Source: Euryarchaeota archaeon UBA171
GTDB taxonomy: Archaea > Thermoplasmatota > Poseidoniia > Poseidoniales > Thalassarchaeaceae
NCBI GenBank assembly: GCA_002497295.1
Contig: DANO01000025.1
Span: 71,098-135,097, forward strand
Length of the DNA stretch: 64,000 nucleotides
Direction of reading: 5' to 3'
Part shown: one piece after another, positions 35,041 to 45,295 of the stretch
Layout: each line of letters begins with the position of its first letter
How positions within the stretch are numbered: the first letter of the stretch is position 1
Position numbers and translations under genes: made by a program
The notes under the pieces: generated by a model
The model's database searches: none
Told to the model about the DNA's origin: nothing
What the model saw: only the letters and a program-made list of their open reading frames with translations

Positions 35041-36495
35041 TCAATCTCTGGAGTCGGCTTTCTTCTTGCCCCTGGAACGACTCCTATTCCCTTTTTGCTG
35101 TCTATTGTTGCGTCTGTCCCCGCTTTTGTTCGAGTCCTTATGGCGATTACTCTTACGAGATCTCCTGGACCTCTTGCTGTTGCTACGAGTGTGGCCTTCT
35201 CGCCTACCCTCTGACTTTTCAGGCGGAACCAGGACAAACTCTCTCTCATCCAGGATTTCAGGTTCTGGATTTGTGATATCACACCTTATGCCCACTTGAC
35301 TCTGTATCCTTCGATACTGCCTATTCTGAGATCTCTGGACCAAAGAGACCACTGTCCCAGTAGATCCTGCACGAGCAGTCCTTCCACTTCGATGCTTGTA
35401 CGCCTTTCCATTTTCGGGAGGGTCGTAGTGGATAACGCACCCCACATCATCGACATCAATGCCCCTTGAGGCGACATCGGTTGCTATCAGAACCCGCGCA
35501 CGACCTGTACTGAATTTTCTCATTGATCGATCTCTTTGATTCTGATTCATGCCACCATGGAGAGTAGTATTCGACGAACCCAACTCATCCATCTGTTTTC
35601 CGAGTCTGTTGACGCCTGCTCTTGTTTTACAGAATATTATGCTCCTGCCACATTTCTCGGTGATATATGCCGATAGATCTGCTTTACCTCTAGATTCAAC
35701 TTTCCAGAATATATGTTGCATGCTATCCATGCTTATTTCCTCAGGGCCAATGCCGATTATTGCAGGGTTGTCCTGATATGAATCTACTATCTCTCCCACA
35801 TCATCGTCTAATGTCGCACTGAACAGAATCGTCTGTCGATTTGGGCTACACTCGTCAAGTATGGCGCATACAGGCTCCATGAATCCCATGTCCGCCATCC
35901 TATCTGCTTCATCGAGAACCACGATCCCAACATCGTCAAGACGCAAGGCACCTCTGTCGAGTAAATCAATCAGTCTGCCTGGGCATGCTACCAATATCTC
36001 CACGCCTCTATCCAATTTTCGCAATTGACCTCTGTAGGGTGTCCCACCATAGACGGATAGTACGTCTAGGCCCGCTGAGCGAGCAAGTGGATGGAGAACT
36101 TTACGAATCTGCTCTGCAAGCTCTCTAGTAGGCGTTAGAATTAGTGATGTGGGTCTCTTCGACTCTGCTTTGGCAGTCCTCGATATCAATGGCAATCCGA
36201 ATGCAAGAGTCTTTCCGGACCCCGTGGGGGCTCTGCAGCAGATATCTCTCCCCAGCATTGCATCTGGTATGGCTTCACATTGTACCTCGAAAGGTTCTGT
36301 GAAACCTTCCCCCTCAAGAGCAACGACCAAACTAGGTCCGATCCCTAAATCTGAAAATCGAACCAAGATATGCCTCTGTCTCGCCCGAAACCCTATCCTA
36401 TTTAGTATGGGAGTAGGAAAAAATGGATGCTTGCTCATCATAGCGAGTCTTGAGTCATGCCAGTCCTTCATAGATGTAGTAAAATCCACTGGCAA
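35041..36495 (-). CDS. DEAD-box ATP-dependent RNA helicase with Arg/Lys/Ser-rich C-terminal tail
   Basis: It has a Q-motif region, APTGSGKT, PTRELA, VLDEADRM, SAT and HRSGRTARAG. The last roughly 60 aa are highly basic. The 5' end overlaps the upstream TauE-like gene, so the start may be internal. Confidence 0.9.
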   Translation of the reverse strand: MPVDFTTSMKDWHDSRLAMMSKHPFFPTPILNRIGFRARQRHILVRFSDLGIGPSLVVALEGEGFTEPFEVQCEAIPDAMLGRDICCRAPTGSGKTLAFGLPLISRTAKAESKRPTSLILTPTRELAEQIRKVLHPLARSAGLDVLSVYGGTPYRGQLRKLDRGVEILVACPGRLIDLLDRGALRLDDVGIVVLDEADRMADMGFMEPVCAILDECSPNRQTILFSATLDDDVGEIVDSYQDNPAIIGIGPEEISMDSMQHIFWKVESRGKADLSAYITEKCGRSIIFCKTRAGVNRLGKQMDELGSSNTTLHGGMNQNQRDRSMRKFSTGRARVLIATDVASRGIDVDDVGCVIHYDPPENGKAYKHRSGRTARAGSTGTVVSLVQRSQNRQYRRIQSQVGIRCDITNPEPEILDEREFVLVPPEKSEGRREGHTRSNSKRSRRSRKSNRHKDSNKSGDRRNNRQQKGNRSRSRGKKKADSRD

Positions 36496-37180
36496 TGATA
36501 CCAGTCATCACCCCTCTATGAATTAAATCTGATTTGAGAGACTCAAGCCATTTTTTCCCCATTCTCGCACCCAATACCGCTGACAATACTAGGATGGAGC
36601 ATATTTGAACATGAGCCAGCAAATCTTCGTTCCGAAACACCATGTAAACAGGTATTCTGGAAAGGTCCACGCAAAGCGCAAGGATACTTGCAGTCGCTGC
36701 ATATGCCATTTTATCTGGTAAACGACGAGTCAGAAACATCGCACGAAGTGCACCTTGGTGACCCGAAAGTCCCCCCATAAATCCAGAACCAAAGCCACCC
36801 ATCGTATCATTCGCTTCCGGTATCCGGTATCCAGTCCACCTTTCTGAGAGCGTGAGTAGGGGGAGAATTACCAGAAATGACCCTATGACGACTAGCAAGG
36901 GGTCCTGGGAAACTTGATTCTGCAATCCTGCACCGGCTATCGCCCCAAAGATCAGCCAAACACCGTATCGCTTGAAAGCCGAGAAATCTATCCATTCCCA
37001 CATACTCCAGCATTTTGCAGCGTTATGCGCGCCGTGTACCACCGCTACAACGGCTATTGCTTCATGAGGCGGCATGAACACTAACACGAACGGAGTCAGC
37101 ATGGTGGATAGACCAAAACCAGCTGGAACAGAAAGAGCAGCTGCGATGAAAGCTCCTGCTGCGACAACAATCGTTTCCAT
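36455..37180 (-). CDS. TauE/SafE-family (sulfite exporter-like) membrane protein
   Basis: It is 241 aa with 7-8 hydrophobic segments and the Gly-rich internal repeats (GFGSGFMGGLSGHQG) typical of the family. Confidence 0.7.
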   Translation of the reverse strand: METIVVAAGAFIAAALSVPAGFGLSTMLTPFVLVFMPPHEAIAVVAVVHGAHNAAKCWSMWEWIDFSAFKRYGVWLIFGAIAGAGLQNQVSQDPLLVVIGSFLVILPLLTLSERWTGYRIPEANDTMGGFGSGFMGGLSGHQGALRAMFLTRRLPDKMAYAATASILALCVDLSRIPVYMVFRNEDLLAHVQICSILVLSAVLGARMGKKWLESLKSDLIHRGVMTGIIASGFYYIYEGLA

Positions 37181-37226
37181 CAGTCATGCCTCGCCTAGAT
37201 CTTCGATAACATCCCTTCAAACGCTC

Positions 37227-38672
37227 CTAAAAGGCCCCATGTGGGGCTCCATATTCTACAGGCAGTAACGTTTCAACTCCGAAAAGAGGGTCTGGATCAC
37301 TCGAATCGTGATATGCCACTACAGCCCCGCCATCCGGGAGAATGCCCATCGAGGCGAAATCAAATCTTATGTCAGCCCCCGCTCCACTTGTTGAGTCTAG
37401 ATCGCCAAGTCCAATATTCGTTCTGAGATCCGGCTCAAGTGATTGAGAATAGTCTCGAACATGCCACGATACGTCGATATCCGGTCCACTAGATGATTGA
37501 TACCTCACATTAAGAACGAATAAATCGTGGAAACCATTCGAATGAAACTCCCATTCCTCCAGTTCAGATGCGACCCCTGAAAGATCATATGTCTGATTTT
37601 CCCAAGTCTCTCCTCCATCTGATGACGTCATGTGAGTAAGGATTATGCCGTCGGCCCGGACACAATGAAGAATCCCGCTGGAATCGAATGAGCAATATTG
37701 GGATGGAAGAGATGACCCATTCATTGTCACCCCCGTCCACCAATTCAGAGATGTGTCCAGATAGGCATCATCACCGTCAACAAAATAATCTGGAAAGTAA
37801 AGGCCGCCCGAGGGAACTGGGAAAGCACGCATTTCTTTGTGAGGTTTGGTGTAATCCCATTCCTTTCCAAGAGGTCCGGGCATAAGATCAACTTCTATCG
37901 CAGGAAGATCCGAATCCCTGTCCGGGAACCCGAAGTAGTCGTAGTTCAGACCATCTGTGGAGATTTGTCCGCCAACATTCTGAACCTGATGCCAGAAGTT
38001 CGAGATCACCAAGCTAGCATAGGGCCCATTGCCGTATAACCCTCCACTGATCGGACCAACTACTTCCACTTGCCAAGACCTATCGTAGAATGGCTCTGGA
38101 GTCCTATTGAAGCACCAACTCCACTCTTCATCAGCTGCATCGTAGAAGAAGGCATAGAACTGGTCAGCACCTGATGTCGAGGGATAGGGGAACCACCCCA
38201 TAGCAATCAGGTCGCCGTTGGTGGCCTGTACTATGCTGCCTTCTCCAAGCCCTTCTTGACCAGGAACTGTCGGTTTAGGCTCTAGGCACCCAATTTGAGA
38301 GAATACCGATGGGATATATTCCTGCCATGTTCTACCTCTATCTTCTGACCAGGTAGGGTATTCGCCACCAAAATTCAGTATCCAACCTTCTTTGGTAATG
38401 GCAAGATAATGTTCACAGCAATTCCCTCCCTCTTCATTTCCGAATACGGCCCAGTTCGACTCGCCTATGGAATTGTTATCGAAAGCATACGCGACTGAAA
38501 AGTTACGAATATCGTCGAGCCCCTCAAGCGAAAGTTGCGCAAGGCCCTCATCCCACATCGTAGCATTCTCCGATGCACCTGAGTCCTTGCCCATACAACC
38601 TGAAAGCACTATTGCAGAAAAGAGCAAGGCTGTTATCCACTCTCTCATTATAATCGGCCCATACCCCGACAT
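37227..38672 (-). CDS. Secreted BNR/Asp-box repeat (sialidase-like beta-propeller) protein with lipobox-like signal
   Basis: The signal is MREWITALLFSAIVLSGCMGK. The Asp-boxes are SEDRGRTW and SSDGGETW. Confidence 0.7.
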   Translation of the reverse strand: MSGYGPIIMREWITALLFSAIVLSGCMGKDSGASENATMWDEGLAQLSLEGLDDIRNFSVAYAFDNNSIGESNWAVFGNEEGGNCCEHYLAITKEGWILNFGGEYPTWSEDRGRTWQEYIPSVFSQIGCLEPKPTVPGQEGLGEGSIVQATNGDLIAMGWFPYPSTSGADQFYAFFYDAADEEWSWCFNRTPEPFYDRSWQVEVVGPISGGLYGNGPYASLVISNFWHQVQNVGGQISTDGLNYDYFGFPDRDSDLPAIEVDLMPGPLGKEWDYTKPHKEMRAFPVPSGGLYFPDYFVDGDDAYLDTSLNWWTGVTMNGSSLPSQYCSFDSSGILHCVRADGIILTHMTSSDGGETWENQTYDLSGVASELEEWEFHSNGFHDLFVLNVRYQSSSGPDIDVSWHVRDYSQSLEPDLRTNIGLGDLDSTSGAGADIRFDFASMGILPDGGAVVAYHDSSDPDPLFGVETLLPVEYGAPHGAF

Positions 38673-38737
38673 TAATGGAAATTTTGCTAATATGCGGTTT
38701 ACTGTTGCAGTAACTAACTGGGTCTACAGGAAGTGAA

Positions 38738-40171
38738 TCAAAGGTCCTTCATCCTCCAGATAGTGCCAGATTCACCATCCTCGATAACGACTCCAAGTTC
38801 GGAGATTACATCTCTGATTCTGTCAGCCTCAGCCCAATTACGTTCAGAGCGTGCTTCCTCTCTCATCGCGATGAAGGACTCGACTTTTTCCCTTATTTCA
38901 TCGCGTCGTTCAGATGCCTGGCCTACCATCCTCTGGAGCGACTCTTCATCGGGAAGGAGTCCGAGTACATCCCCCGCATATGCTGAAAGCCAGCCTACAC
39001 AAGCAGAGGCCACCGAGTGGTCCTGGGATGAATTGGCTTGCCTCAGCATCTTTACCACCGATTGCATCTCTGCAATTGCAACTCTTGTATTGAGATCATC
39101 ATCCATTCCCCGTATTAGTGAATCTTCAGCATTTTTGAGCGACTCAATATCGCTCCATTGCCTTGCAATACTGACCCCTCCTGCTGATATGATCGATTCA
39201 ATCAGCCTGCCATGATTTTTCTCAGCATCATCAAGAAGAACTTGGTTGAAATCAATCGGTTGTCGATATGGCGCATTGACTAGTGCGTATCTGAGCACCA
39301 TCGGACCGACCGCATCGATGGCGTCAGAAACTGTCCAAAAGTTACCAAGAGACTTCGACATTTTCTCCCCATCCACGTTTATCATCCCGTTATGCATCCA
39401 ATGTCTTGCAAAAGGCTCGACATTGAAACAGCACTCTGATTGGAATATTTCTGCTTCATGATGTGGAAACATTAGGTCTGAACCGCCCCCATGGATGTTA
39501 ACCTGGTGCCCAAAGTGTTCGTGAACCATCGCTGAGCACTCAATATGCCAACCAGGCCTCCCCCTTCCAAAGGGGCTATCCCAACTCGGCTCACCCGGTT
39601 TTGCAATCTTCCAGAGAGCGAAGTCTCTGTGGTCTCTTTTACCTGCTCCAGTGGAAGCAACTCTCCCCCCGGCACCCGATCGAACCATCTCGAGCGTCTG
39701 TCCTGTTAACCGCCCATACTTCTCAGGCGCAGTATCAATTTCGAAGTAGACCCCATCTCCAGCCAAGTATGCGTGCCCCTTTTTGACTAGGGTTTCAATC
39801 ATTGAGATTATCCCCTCAATACTTTCTGTAACTCTTGGATAGGCATCAGCATCAAGCACATTGAGTCTATTCATCGATATCCTGTAGTCCGATATATGGC
39901 GATTCGCCACCTCAAGAAAGTCGACACCTTCTTTTTTCGAAGCATCGATTATCGTATCGGATATGTCTGTGAAATTTGTAACATATCTAACACGAATACC
40001 TTGGAATCTGAGCCATCTCACCAGGGTGTCGAATGCTATGGCTTGACGAGCATGACCGATGTGGCTGGGCGAATAGGGAGTGATTCCACAGGCATATATC
40101 GTGACTTCTTCGCCTGAGACATCAATCTCCTGCTTTGTACGCGACGATGTGTTGAAAAGCCTCAGAGGCAC
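38738..40171 (-). CDS. cysS: Cysteinyl-tRNA synthetase
   Basis: It carries CGITPYSPSHIGHAR (HIGH), KMSKSLGN and the zinc-ligand context HIECS. Confidence 0.95.
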   Translation of the reverse strand: MPLRLFNTSSRTKQEIDVSGEEVTIYACGITPYSPSHIGHARQAIAFDTLVRWLRFQGIRVRYVTNFTDISDTIIDASKKEGVDFLEVANRHISDYRISMNRLNVLDADAYPRVTESIEGIISMIETLVKKGHAYLAGDGVYFEIDTAPEKYGRLTGQTLEMVRSGAGGRVASTGAGKRDHRDFALWKIAKPGEPSWDSPFGRGRPGWHIECSAMVHEHFGHQVNIHGGGSDLMFPHHEAEIFQSECCFNVEPFARHWMHNGMINVDGEKMSKSLGNFWTVSDAIDAVGPMVLRYALVNAPYRQPIDFNQVLLDDAEKNHGRLIESIISAGGVSIARQWSDIESLKNAEDSLIRGMDDDLNTRVAIAEMQSVVKMLRQANSSQDHSVASACVGWLSAYAGDVLGLLPDEESLQRMVGQASERRDEIREKVESFIAMREEARSERNWAEADRIRDVISELGVVIEDGESGTIWRMKDL

Positions 40172-40194
40172 ATGCAGTCACCCTATGCCAATGG

Positions 40195-40890
40195 TCATGA
40201 ACCTCTCGCCGCATTAACCAATGCAGCGTACATCTGATACTGATTCATTCTCTCGGGGTGCCATTGCAGCCCATGGAAGAATTTCAGATGTTCATACGTA
40301 ACTGACTCAATGAGGCCATCATGATTCGCCCTTCCAGTTACTTTCAGGCCCCCGCTATCTCGAACCCCCTGGTGATGTGTGGAATTAACCGATACACATT
40401 CCCCCATCATCCGTTGTATTTCGGTACCCTGTTCGAAAGTGACTTCATGATCAGAAAACGCACCATTCCATGAACCATGCGACTCGTGACCAGAGGTCTT
40501 TGGGAGATGCTGGTGCATGGAGCCACCTTCTGCAACACACATTATTTGCATACCTCGGCATATGCCTAATACCGGGAGGTCCGCCTCAATCGATGCCTTG
40601 ATTAGCCCAATCTCACGCCTATCTTGCTTGGGATATGTGTCGAGAGTATCGGGGTCTAGATCAGCACCATACATCGAGGGATCAATGTCTGGCCCACCGG
40701 AAATGACTAGTCCGTCTATTGCCGATATTATATCAACAGAATCATCTTCTGGTGGAAGGATAACTGGAATGCCGCCCCCATCTATCACAGCAAGAGCGTA
40801 CGTTGAAGGTATCACGGTCGCATCCATGTCCCATGGGCCCCATTTCGTCATGCGAGTTGGTGCAGTGATCCCAATTATCGGCCTACTCAT
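40195..40890 (-). CDS. Peptidase C26 / class I glutamine amidotransferase-like gamma-glutamyl hydrolase (PuuD-like), copy 1
   Basis: It has the GICRGMQ nucleophile elbow and the LQWHPE catalytic His-Glu. The track ORF extends to 40992; I prefer the ATG at 40890 (MSRPIIGITAP). Confidence 0.8.
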   Translation of the reverse strand: MSRPIIGITAPTRMTKWGPWDMDATVIPSTYALAVIDGGGIPVILPPEDDSVDIISAIDGLVISGGPDIDPSMYGADLDPDTLDTYPKQDRREIGLIKASIEADLPVLGICRGMQIMCVAEGGSMHQHLPKTSGHESHGSWNGAFSDHEVTFEQGTEIQRMMGECVSVNSTHHQGVRDSGGLKVTGRANHDGLIESVTYEHLKFFHGLQWHPERMNQYQMYAALVNAARGS

Positions 40891-40928
40891 GGCAACCCCT
40901 CTGCGTCCAAGGGGATGAACCCATCCAC

Positions 40929-41612
40929 TCAAATTGCAGCACGTATGAGTGCAGATACGATTGACTTCTGGCCAAGGGCCTCCGGATGCCACTGGACCGA
41001 CATCACGAATTCCCGCGACGGGTCTTCTAAACCCTCAATCAGACCATCTTCTGATCTGGCATTTACTTCCAGACTTCCTGGATCCGATACGCCCTGATGG
41101 TGTGCCGAGTTCACATTAGAAGATAGCCCAAGAATCTTGAAGAGTTTCGATTCAGGTACTATGGATACCTCATGTTTGGACCATTTACCGCCCCATGCGC
41201 CATGTTTTTCGTAAGGGGTGGTGGTAGGGAGGTGCTGATGGAGAAGACCTCCGTACGAGACAGCCATGAGCTGGTGCCCTCTGCAGATGCCGAGTATCGG
41301 CAACCCCCTTTTCTTTGCAGAATCAATTAGTGCAAGCTCCCACATGTCCTGTGAGGGCCGTACATCATTTGTCTCTGGCACAGGATCACATCCATATGTG
41401 GCCGGATCGATATCCCTGCCTCCGGCAATTATCAGCGCGTCTATCGCACCAACACACGCCTCAGGGTCCCCTCCCTCTGATAATATCAGTGGTAGGCCCC
41501 CACATCCCTCTACAATCGAGGGATAATTCCATGGGAGCATGACCACATCGCGATCATCAGATTCGTAATCCCTCTTGTTGACGGAAGAAGTGATGCCGAC
41601 CCTCGGTTTCAT
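40929..41612 (-). CDS. Peptidase C26 / class I glutamine amidotransferase-like gamma-glutamyl hydrolase, copy 2 (tandem paralogue)
   Basis: It has GICRGHQ and VQWHPE and is about 40 percent identical to copy 1 by eye. I prefer the ATG at 41612 (MKPRVGITSS) over the track start at 41717. Confidence 0.8.
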   Translation of the reverse strand: MKPRVGITSSVNKRDYESDDRDVVMLPWNYPSIVEGCGGLPLILSEGGDPEACVGAIDALIIAGGRDIDPATYGCDPVPETNDVRPSQDMWELALIDSAKKRGLPILGICRGHQLMAVSYGGLLHQHLPTTTPYEKHGAWGGKWSKHEVSIVPESKLFKILGLSSNVNSAHHQGVSDPGSLEVNARSEDGLIEGLEDPSREFVMSVQWHPEALGQKSIVSALIRAAI

Positions 41613-41616
41613 CCAA

Positions 41617-42027
41617 TCAGCTCTCTCGATTAAGGCGAGCATGCCTGAATGATTTGACTCCTGCAAATATGAATGAGGCCCCAACAAGCACCAGCAACAT
41701 GTGGGAAACCAATACAAGATTGGACATTTCAGAGAAGCCGGTCAACATTCTCGATGCTCCTGCCAGGAACATAATCAGGGCCACAGCCATTGAAGCATGC
41801 ATGTAGTGATGCCTATTCGCCTCGTTGAATTTTGAAAGCACGCCCATCATAAGCAATGGCAAGCCCATGAAAGCCGGAATCATTGCGGTAATGGAAGGGT
41901 CCGCACCCTCTGCAGGAGTCTGGGTAAAGTAAGAGAATAGGCCCCAGAAGATTAAGATGCACCCATACATGTTTGCGAGCCCGGGAATCGTCATCCCCCA
42001 TTGGGTAAATTCGTCGCTCATGAGCAC
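41617..42027 (-). CDS. Four-TM membrane protein, unknown function
   Basis: It is 136 aa with four hydrophobic helices and lies 4 nt upstream of C26 copy 2. Confidence 0.5.
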   Translation of the reverse strand: MLMSDEFTQWGMTIPGLANMYGCILIFWGLFSYFTQTPAEGADPSITAMIPAFMGLPLLMMGVLSKFNEANRHHYMHASMAVALIMFLAGASRMLTGFSEMSNLVLVSHMLLVLVGASFIFAGVKSFRHARLNRES

Positions 42028-42097
42028 GCGTGTCGGAAGCGATTTATGATAATCTCGATTGAAATTCGGCGGTTAATGTTAGACCATACCTATAATT

Positions 42098-44170
42098 TCA
42101 ATCCAAAACACGATTTCGATTCAGATCTCCTCTTCGATTGCCCGGCATGTGGGGGTGTGATGCAACGAGCCTAGATTCTGTTGTTTTACCCTCTTCTTCT
42201 TCTTCTTCCATCTGCACCATTTTCTCCCACAGGATCTCAGCCAAGTCTTTGACGTCCATTTCACATCCGATTGAGTCCAAACCGTCTTTCACCATCACAG
42301 AGCAAAATGGGCACCCTATCGCAACCGTATCGGCTCCTGTTTCTGCCAACTCTTTGGCCCGGATTACATTGACGCGTTTATCGGCGTCCTCCTCCATCCA
42401 CATCTGTGCGCCACCTGCTCCGCAACAAAATGAATCAGTCCCGTGCCGTTCCACTTCAATGTCCACCCCTCCAATGACTGCCCTAGGAGCTTCTACCTCG
42501 CCACCAATTCTCCCTAGATAGCACGGGTCATGGAATGTTACGCTATCTTCATGATCGACGATTCTCGGCAACCGCCCCTCGTCCTGTAATTTGGCTAGGA
42601 TTTGCGAATGATGCAGCACTTCTAGCTTATCTGCGCCATAGTCTGGATACTCCTTGCCCAACGTATGGAAACAGTGAGGACAAGATGCCACGATCCTCTT
42701 GACGCCCAACTCTTGGAATGTAGACACATTGGCCTCTGCGAGCATCTGGAATAGATACTCATTCCCTGCTCTTCTTGCTGGATCTCCAGAGCACCCTTCT
42801 TGCATACCCAATATACCAACGTCTAATCCTGCTTCTTTCAACAGAGATATTGTAGCCCTCGCAACTTTTTGATTACGCTCATCGAAACTTGCCGCACACC
42901 CCACGAAGTAAATGTATTCGGCGGGCTCGCCGATCTTCACATCAAGATCACTGGCCCAGTCTCCTCTCTCATGAGCCCCAAATCCGTATGGATTCGAGCC
43001 GGATTCCAAATTACCCATGGCGACATTCAATTGCTCGGGATATTCCATGGTCTCCATCATAGCATTACGTCGAAGATCGGTCAATTTAGGGACGTGTTCT
43101 ATGTAAAGTGGACAGGCATCGACACAGGCATGACAGGTAGTACAAGCCCACACTGCATCTGCGGAAAGACGTTCCATCATGGTTTCATCGGGAGTCTCTC
43201 CGGAGAGCAATATCGGGGCATGTTCATTGGCATACGATCTGACATCGTGGACTATCTGCATCGGGTTGAGCGCCTTCCCCGATTCATATGCCGGGCACAC
43301 GTCTTGACACCTTGCGCAGGAAGTACAGGCCCATCCATCAATGAGCTGCCTCCAGGTGTATTGGCTGAATGTCGAGACTCCGAAAGTATCGATATCCAGC
43401 TCCTCAAGAGAAACAGCCATGCCGCTATCGTCAACAGCCAATGGACGCATTTTCGCCATAGGGGTACGATCGAAGAAAAAGACATTGGGAAGCGCCATTA
43501 CCAGATGCATATGCTTGGAAAGAGGGATGAGGATGAGAAAGCAACATATAGCCGCCATGTGCATCCAATAGGATATGATCACGAAGGTGTCGGAAACTCC
43601 CGCCTGTGCCACTAAATAGCCTAGAGGTTCCCAGAATGCGGACGGCCCCTCAGCAGACTCAACTACGAACGATGTAGTCGTAATTGTGAATATCAGCACA
43701 AGTATTGCATTTCCCTCTAATTGTGACTTGCCCTTCAACTTCTCAGGCGTAAAAACAACTCTTCTCGTCAAAGCTGCGACACACCCAATCAATGCAGACG
43801 TATATCCCAGTTCGACCATCCCATTCCAAGGCCCAACGAGTATTTCCGGGAGGAAAGATCCAGAGAACCAATTCGCCGTGGCAAGATCGAACATATCGCT
43901 TGATAGCATAAGGAATCCCCAGAACATCAGGACATGCAAACCTCCTGCTACTCGATCCTCAAGTACGCGCTTCTGGCCTAGCCATCCAGTTACGACTTCC
44001 ACCACTCTGCTGAACCAAGCATCTGTCCTAGGGTCTGGGCTGCCCCTTAGAACCAGGCGAATCGCCTTCTGAACTTGGTAGACGAAGAATGCAATTGAGA
44101 TACCGCCCAATGCTAGGAGAAGAACCCACCCGGGGATGCCATTGTAATCGATAAGCAATGGGTGTTCCAT
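42098..44170 (-). CDS. Membrane-anchored Fe-S oxidoreductase, HdrD/GlpC-like (NarI/DsrM-like TM domain + 2x[4Fe-4S] + two CCG domains)
   Basis: It has an N-terminal domain of 5-6 TM helices, the ferredoxin motifs CTSCARCQDVCP and CTTCHACVDACP, and CCG-domain cysteines (VGCAAS, CPHC, PCYLGR, FCCGAGG). I prefer the ATG at 44170 (MEHPLLIDY) because the track start at 44302 overlaps mvk. Confidence 0.85.
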   Translation of the reverse strand: MEHPLLIDYNGIPGWVLLLALGGISIAFFVYQVQKAIRLVLRGSPDPRTDAWFSRVVEVVTGWLGQKRVLEDRVAGGLHVLMFWGFLMLSSDMFDLATANWFSGSFLPEILVGPWNGMVELGYTSALIGCVAALTRRVVFTPEKLKGKSQLEGNAILVLIFTITTTSFVVESAEGPSAFWEPLGYLVAQAGVSDTFVIISYWMHMAAICCFLILIPLSKHMHLVMALPNVFFFDRTPMAKMRPLAVDDSGMAVSLEELDIDTFGVSTFSQYTWRQLIDGWACTSCARCQDVCPAYESGKALNPMQIVHDVRSYANEHAPILLSGETPDETMMERLSADAVWACTTCHACVDACPLYIEHVPKLTDLRRNAMMETMEYPEQLNVAMGNLESGSNPYGFGAHERGDWASDLDVKIGEPAEYIYFVGCAASFDERNQKVARATISLLKEAGLDVGILGMQEGCSGDPARRAGNEYLFQMLAEANVSTFQELGVKRIVASCPHCFHTLGKEYPDYGADKLEVLHHSQILAKLQDEGRLPRIVDHEDSVTFHDPCYLGRIGGEVEAPRAVIGGVDIEVERHGTDSFCCGAGGAQMWMEEDADKRVNVIRAKELAETGADTVAIGCPFCSVMVKDGLDSIGCEMDVKDLAEILWEKMVQMEEEEEEGKTTESRLVASHPHMPGNRRGDLNRNRVLD

Positions 44171-44283
44171 CCGTAATCTCTCCGGCGGGGGGGTGTCCCG
44201 TGTAACTACGTCGTATACAAGGAGGCCTTGAACATCACGTAAGTACGCGAAGGGGCTATCCCCAATACCGGGTACGGGAGGAC

Positions 44284-45249
44284 ATGGCAGAAGCGCGTGC
44301 ACCCGGAAAGGCGATTCTGTTCGGGGAGCATGCAGTTGTCTATGGCCACCCAGCCGTTGCTGTTGCGATTGAAGCAGGCGTAAATGTCACGGTTTCAGAT
44401 AATAAGGAATGGGCGGTCGAAGGTAGGCCACTCGACTCAATACGGCATCCGCATCTGAAATCGATAATATCCAGGATGCCACAGGGACCAGGACCCTACT
44501 CTTTTCAGATATCTAGTACGCTTTTTTCTGCAGCTGGACAAGGGTCATCCGCAGCCTTATCTGTAGCCGCACATCTTGCTCTCAGCAATCAGATCGGCGA
44601 ATCATCTAGCGTGATAGATGCTGCCAAATCCGGACATTTGGCGGAGGCTGCTGCTCAATCCGGACGCGCCAGTCCGACAGATACGGCCACCAGCGCTCTT
44701 GGCGGTTGCGTCGTCGTCTCATCGTCACTTCCGCCTATGGTAAAGCACGTGTTCGGGGCAGAATTGGAAACCTCTGAAGGTCTTCGAACATGGGATGTAG
44801 GTACTATCGATCTCCCAGACGATTCCAACCCTCCATCACTGGTCCTCGGATTCACCGGGAACTCATCGAAAACGGGAAAAATGGTCGCCATGGTTGCAGA
44901 TTTGATATCTTCGAACCCTGAACGAAAATCCGATTTAGATTCAATAGGGGAAATCACTGCAGTGGGACTGGTCGCTCTTGCCTCTGCTGAGTGGGAAGCA
45001 GTCGGTATGGCCATGAATGCATGTCATGATAGACTCGAGGCACTTAACCTAAGCACGCCATTCTTAGAGAAGTTGATCGCAGCCGTACGCCCTTATTCTC
45101 TCGGAGCCAAACTTACTGGTGCGGGCGGTGGCGGGTGTATGATGGCTCTGACGAGAGATCCCGCACGTGTCGCTCAGATGATGGAGCTACATGGCGCTAA
45201 AGCCATGATAAGCTCATTTCACAACAAAGGGGCTCAGATTTTAGGCTGA
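44284..45249 (+). CDS. mvk: Mevalonate kinase (GHMP kinase)
   Basis: It carries APGKAILFGEHAVVYGHPAVAVAI, the GHMP motif AAGQGSSAALSVA and the C-terminal KLTGAGGGGCMMAL. Confidence 0.9.
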   Translation: MAEARAPGKAILFGEHAVVYGHPAVAVAIEAGVNVTVSDNKEWAVEGRPLDSIRHPHLKSIISRMPQGPGPYSFQISSTLFSAAGQGSSAALSVAAHLALSNQIGESSSVIDAAKSGHLAEAAAQSGRASPTDTATSALGGCVVVSSSLPPMVKHVFGAELETSEGLRTWDVGTIDLPDDSNPPSLVLGFTGNSSKTGKMVAMVADLISSNPERKSDLDSIGEITAVGLVALASAEWEAVGMAMNACHDRLEALNLSTPFLEKLIAAVRPYSLGAKLTGAGGGGCMMALTRDPARVAQMMELHGAKAMISSFHNKGAQILG

Positions 45250-45266
45250 TTTCCCGCCACACCCCC

Positions 45267-45273
45267 TTATATA
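45267..45273 (+). promoter_or_regulatory. Putative TATA box TTATATA upstream of tbp
   Basis: It is centred about 26 nt upstream of the ATG at 45296, implying a leaderless mRNA. A second TATATAA at 45277-45283 is too close to the start to serve that codon. Confidence 0.35.
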
Positions 45274-45295
45274 CGGTATATAATCACGATATGCC

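Noticed and set aside
42191-42209. A (TTC)5 microsatellite-like run occurs here.
   Set aside because: On the minus strand it encodes the Glu run (MEEEEEEGK) in the C-terminal tail of the HdrD-like protein. It is a coding low-complexity tract, not an independent repeat element.
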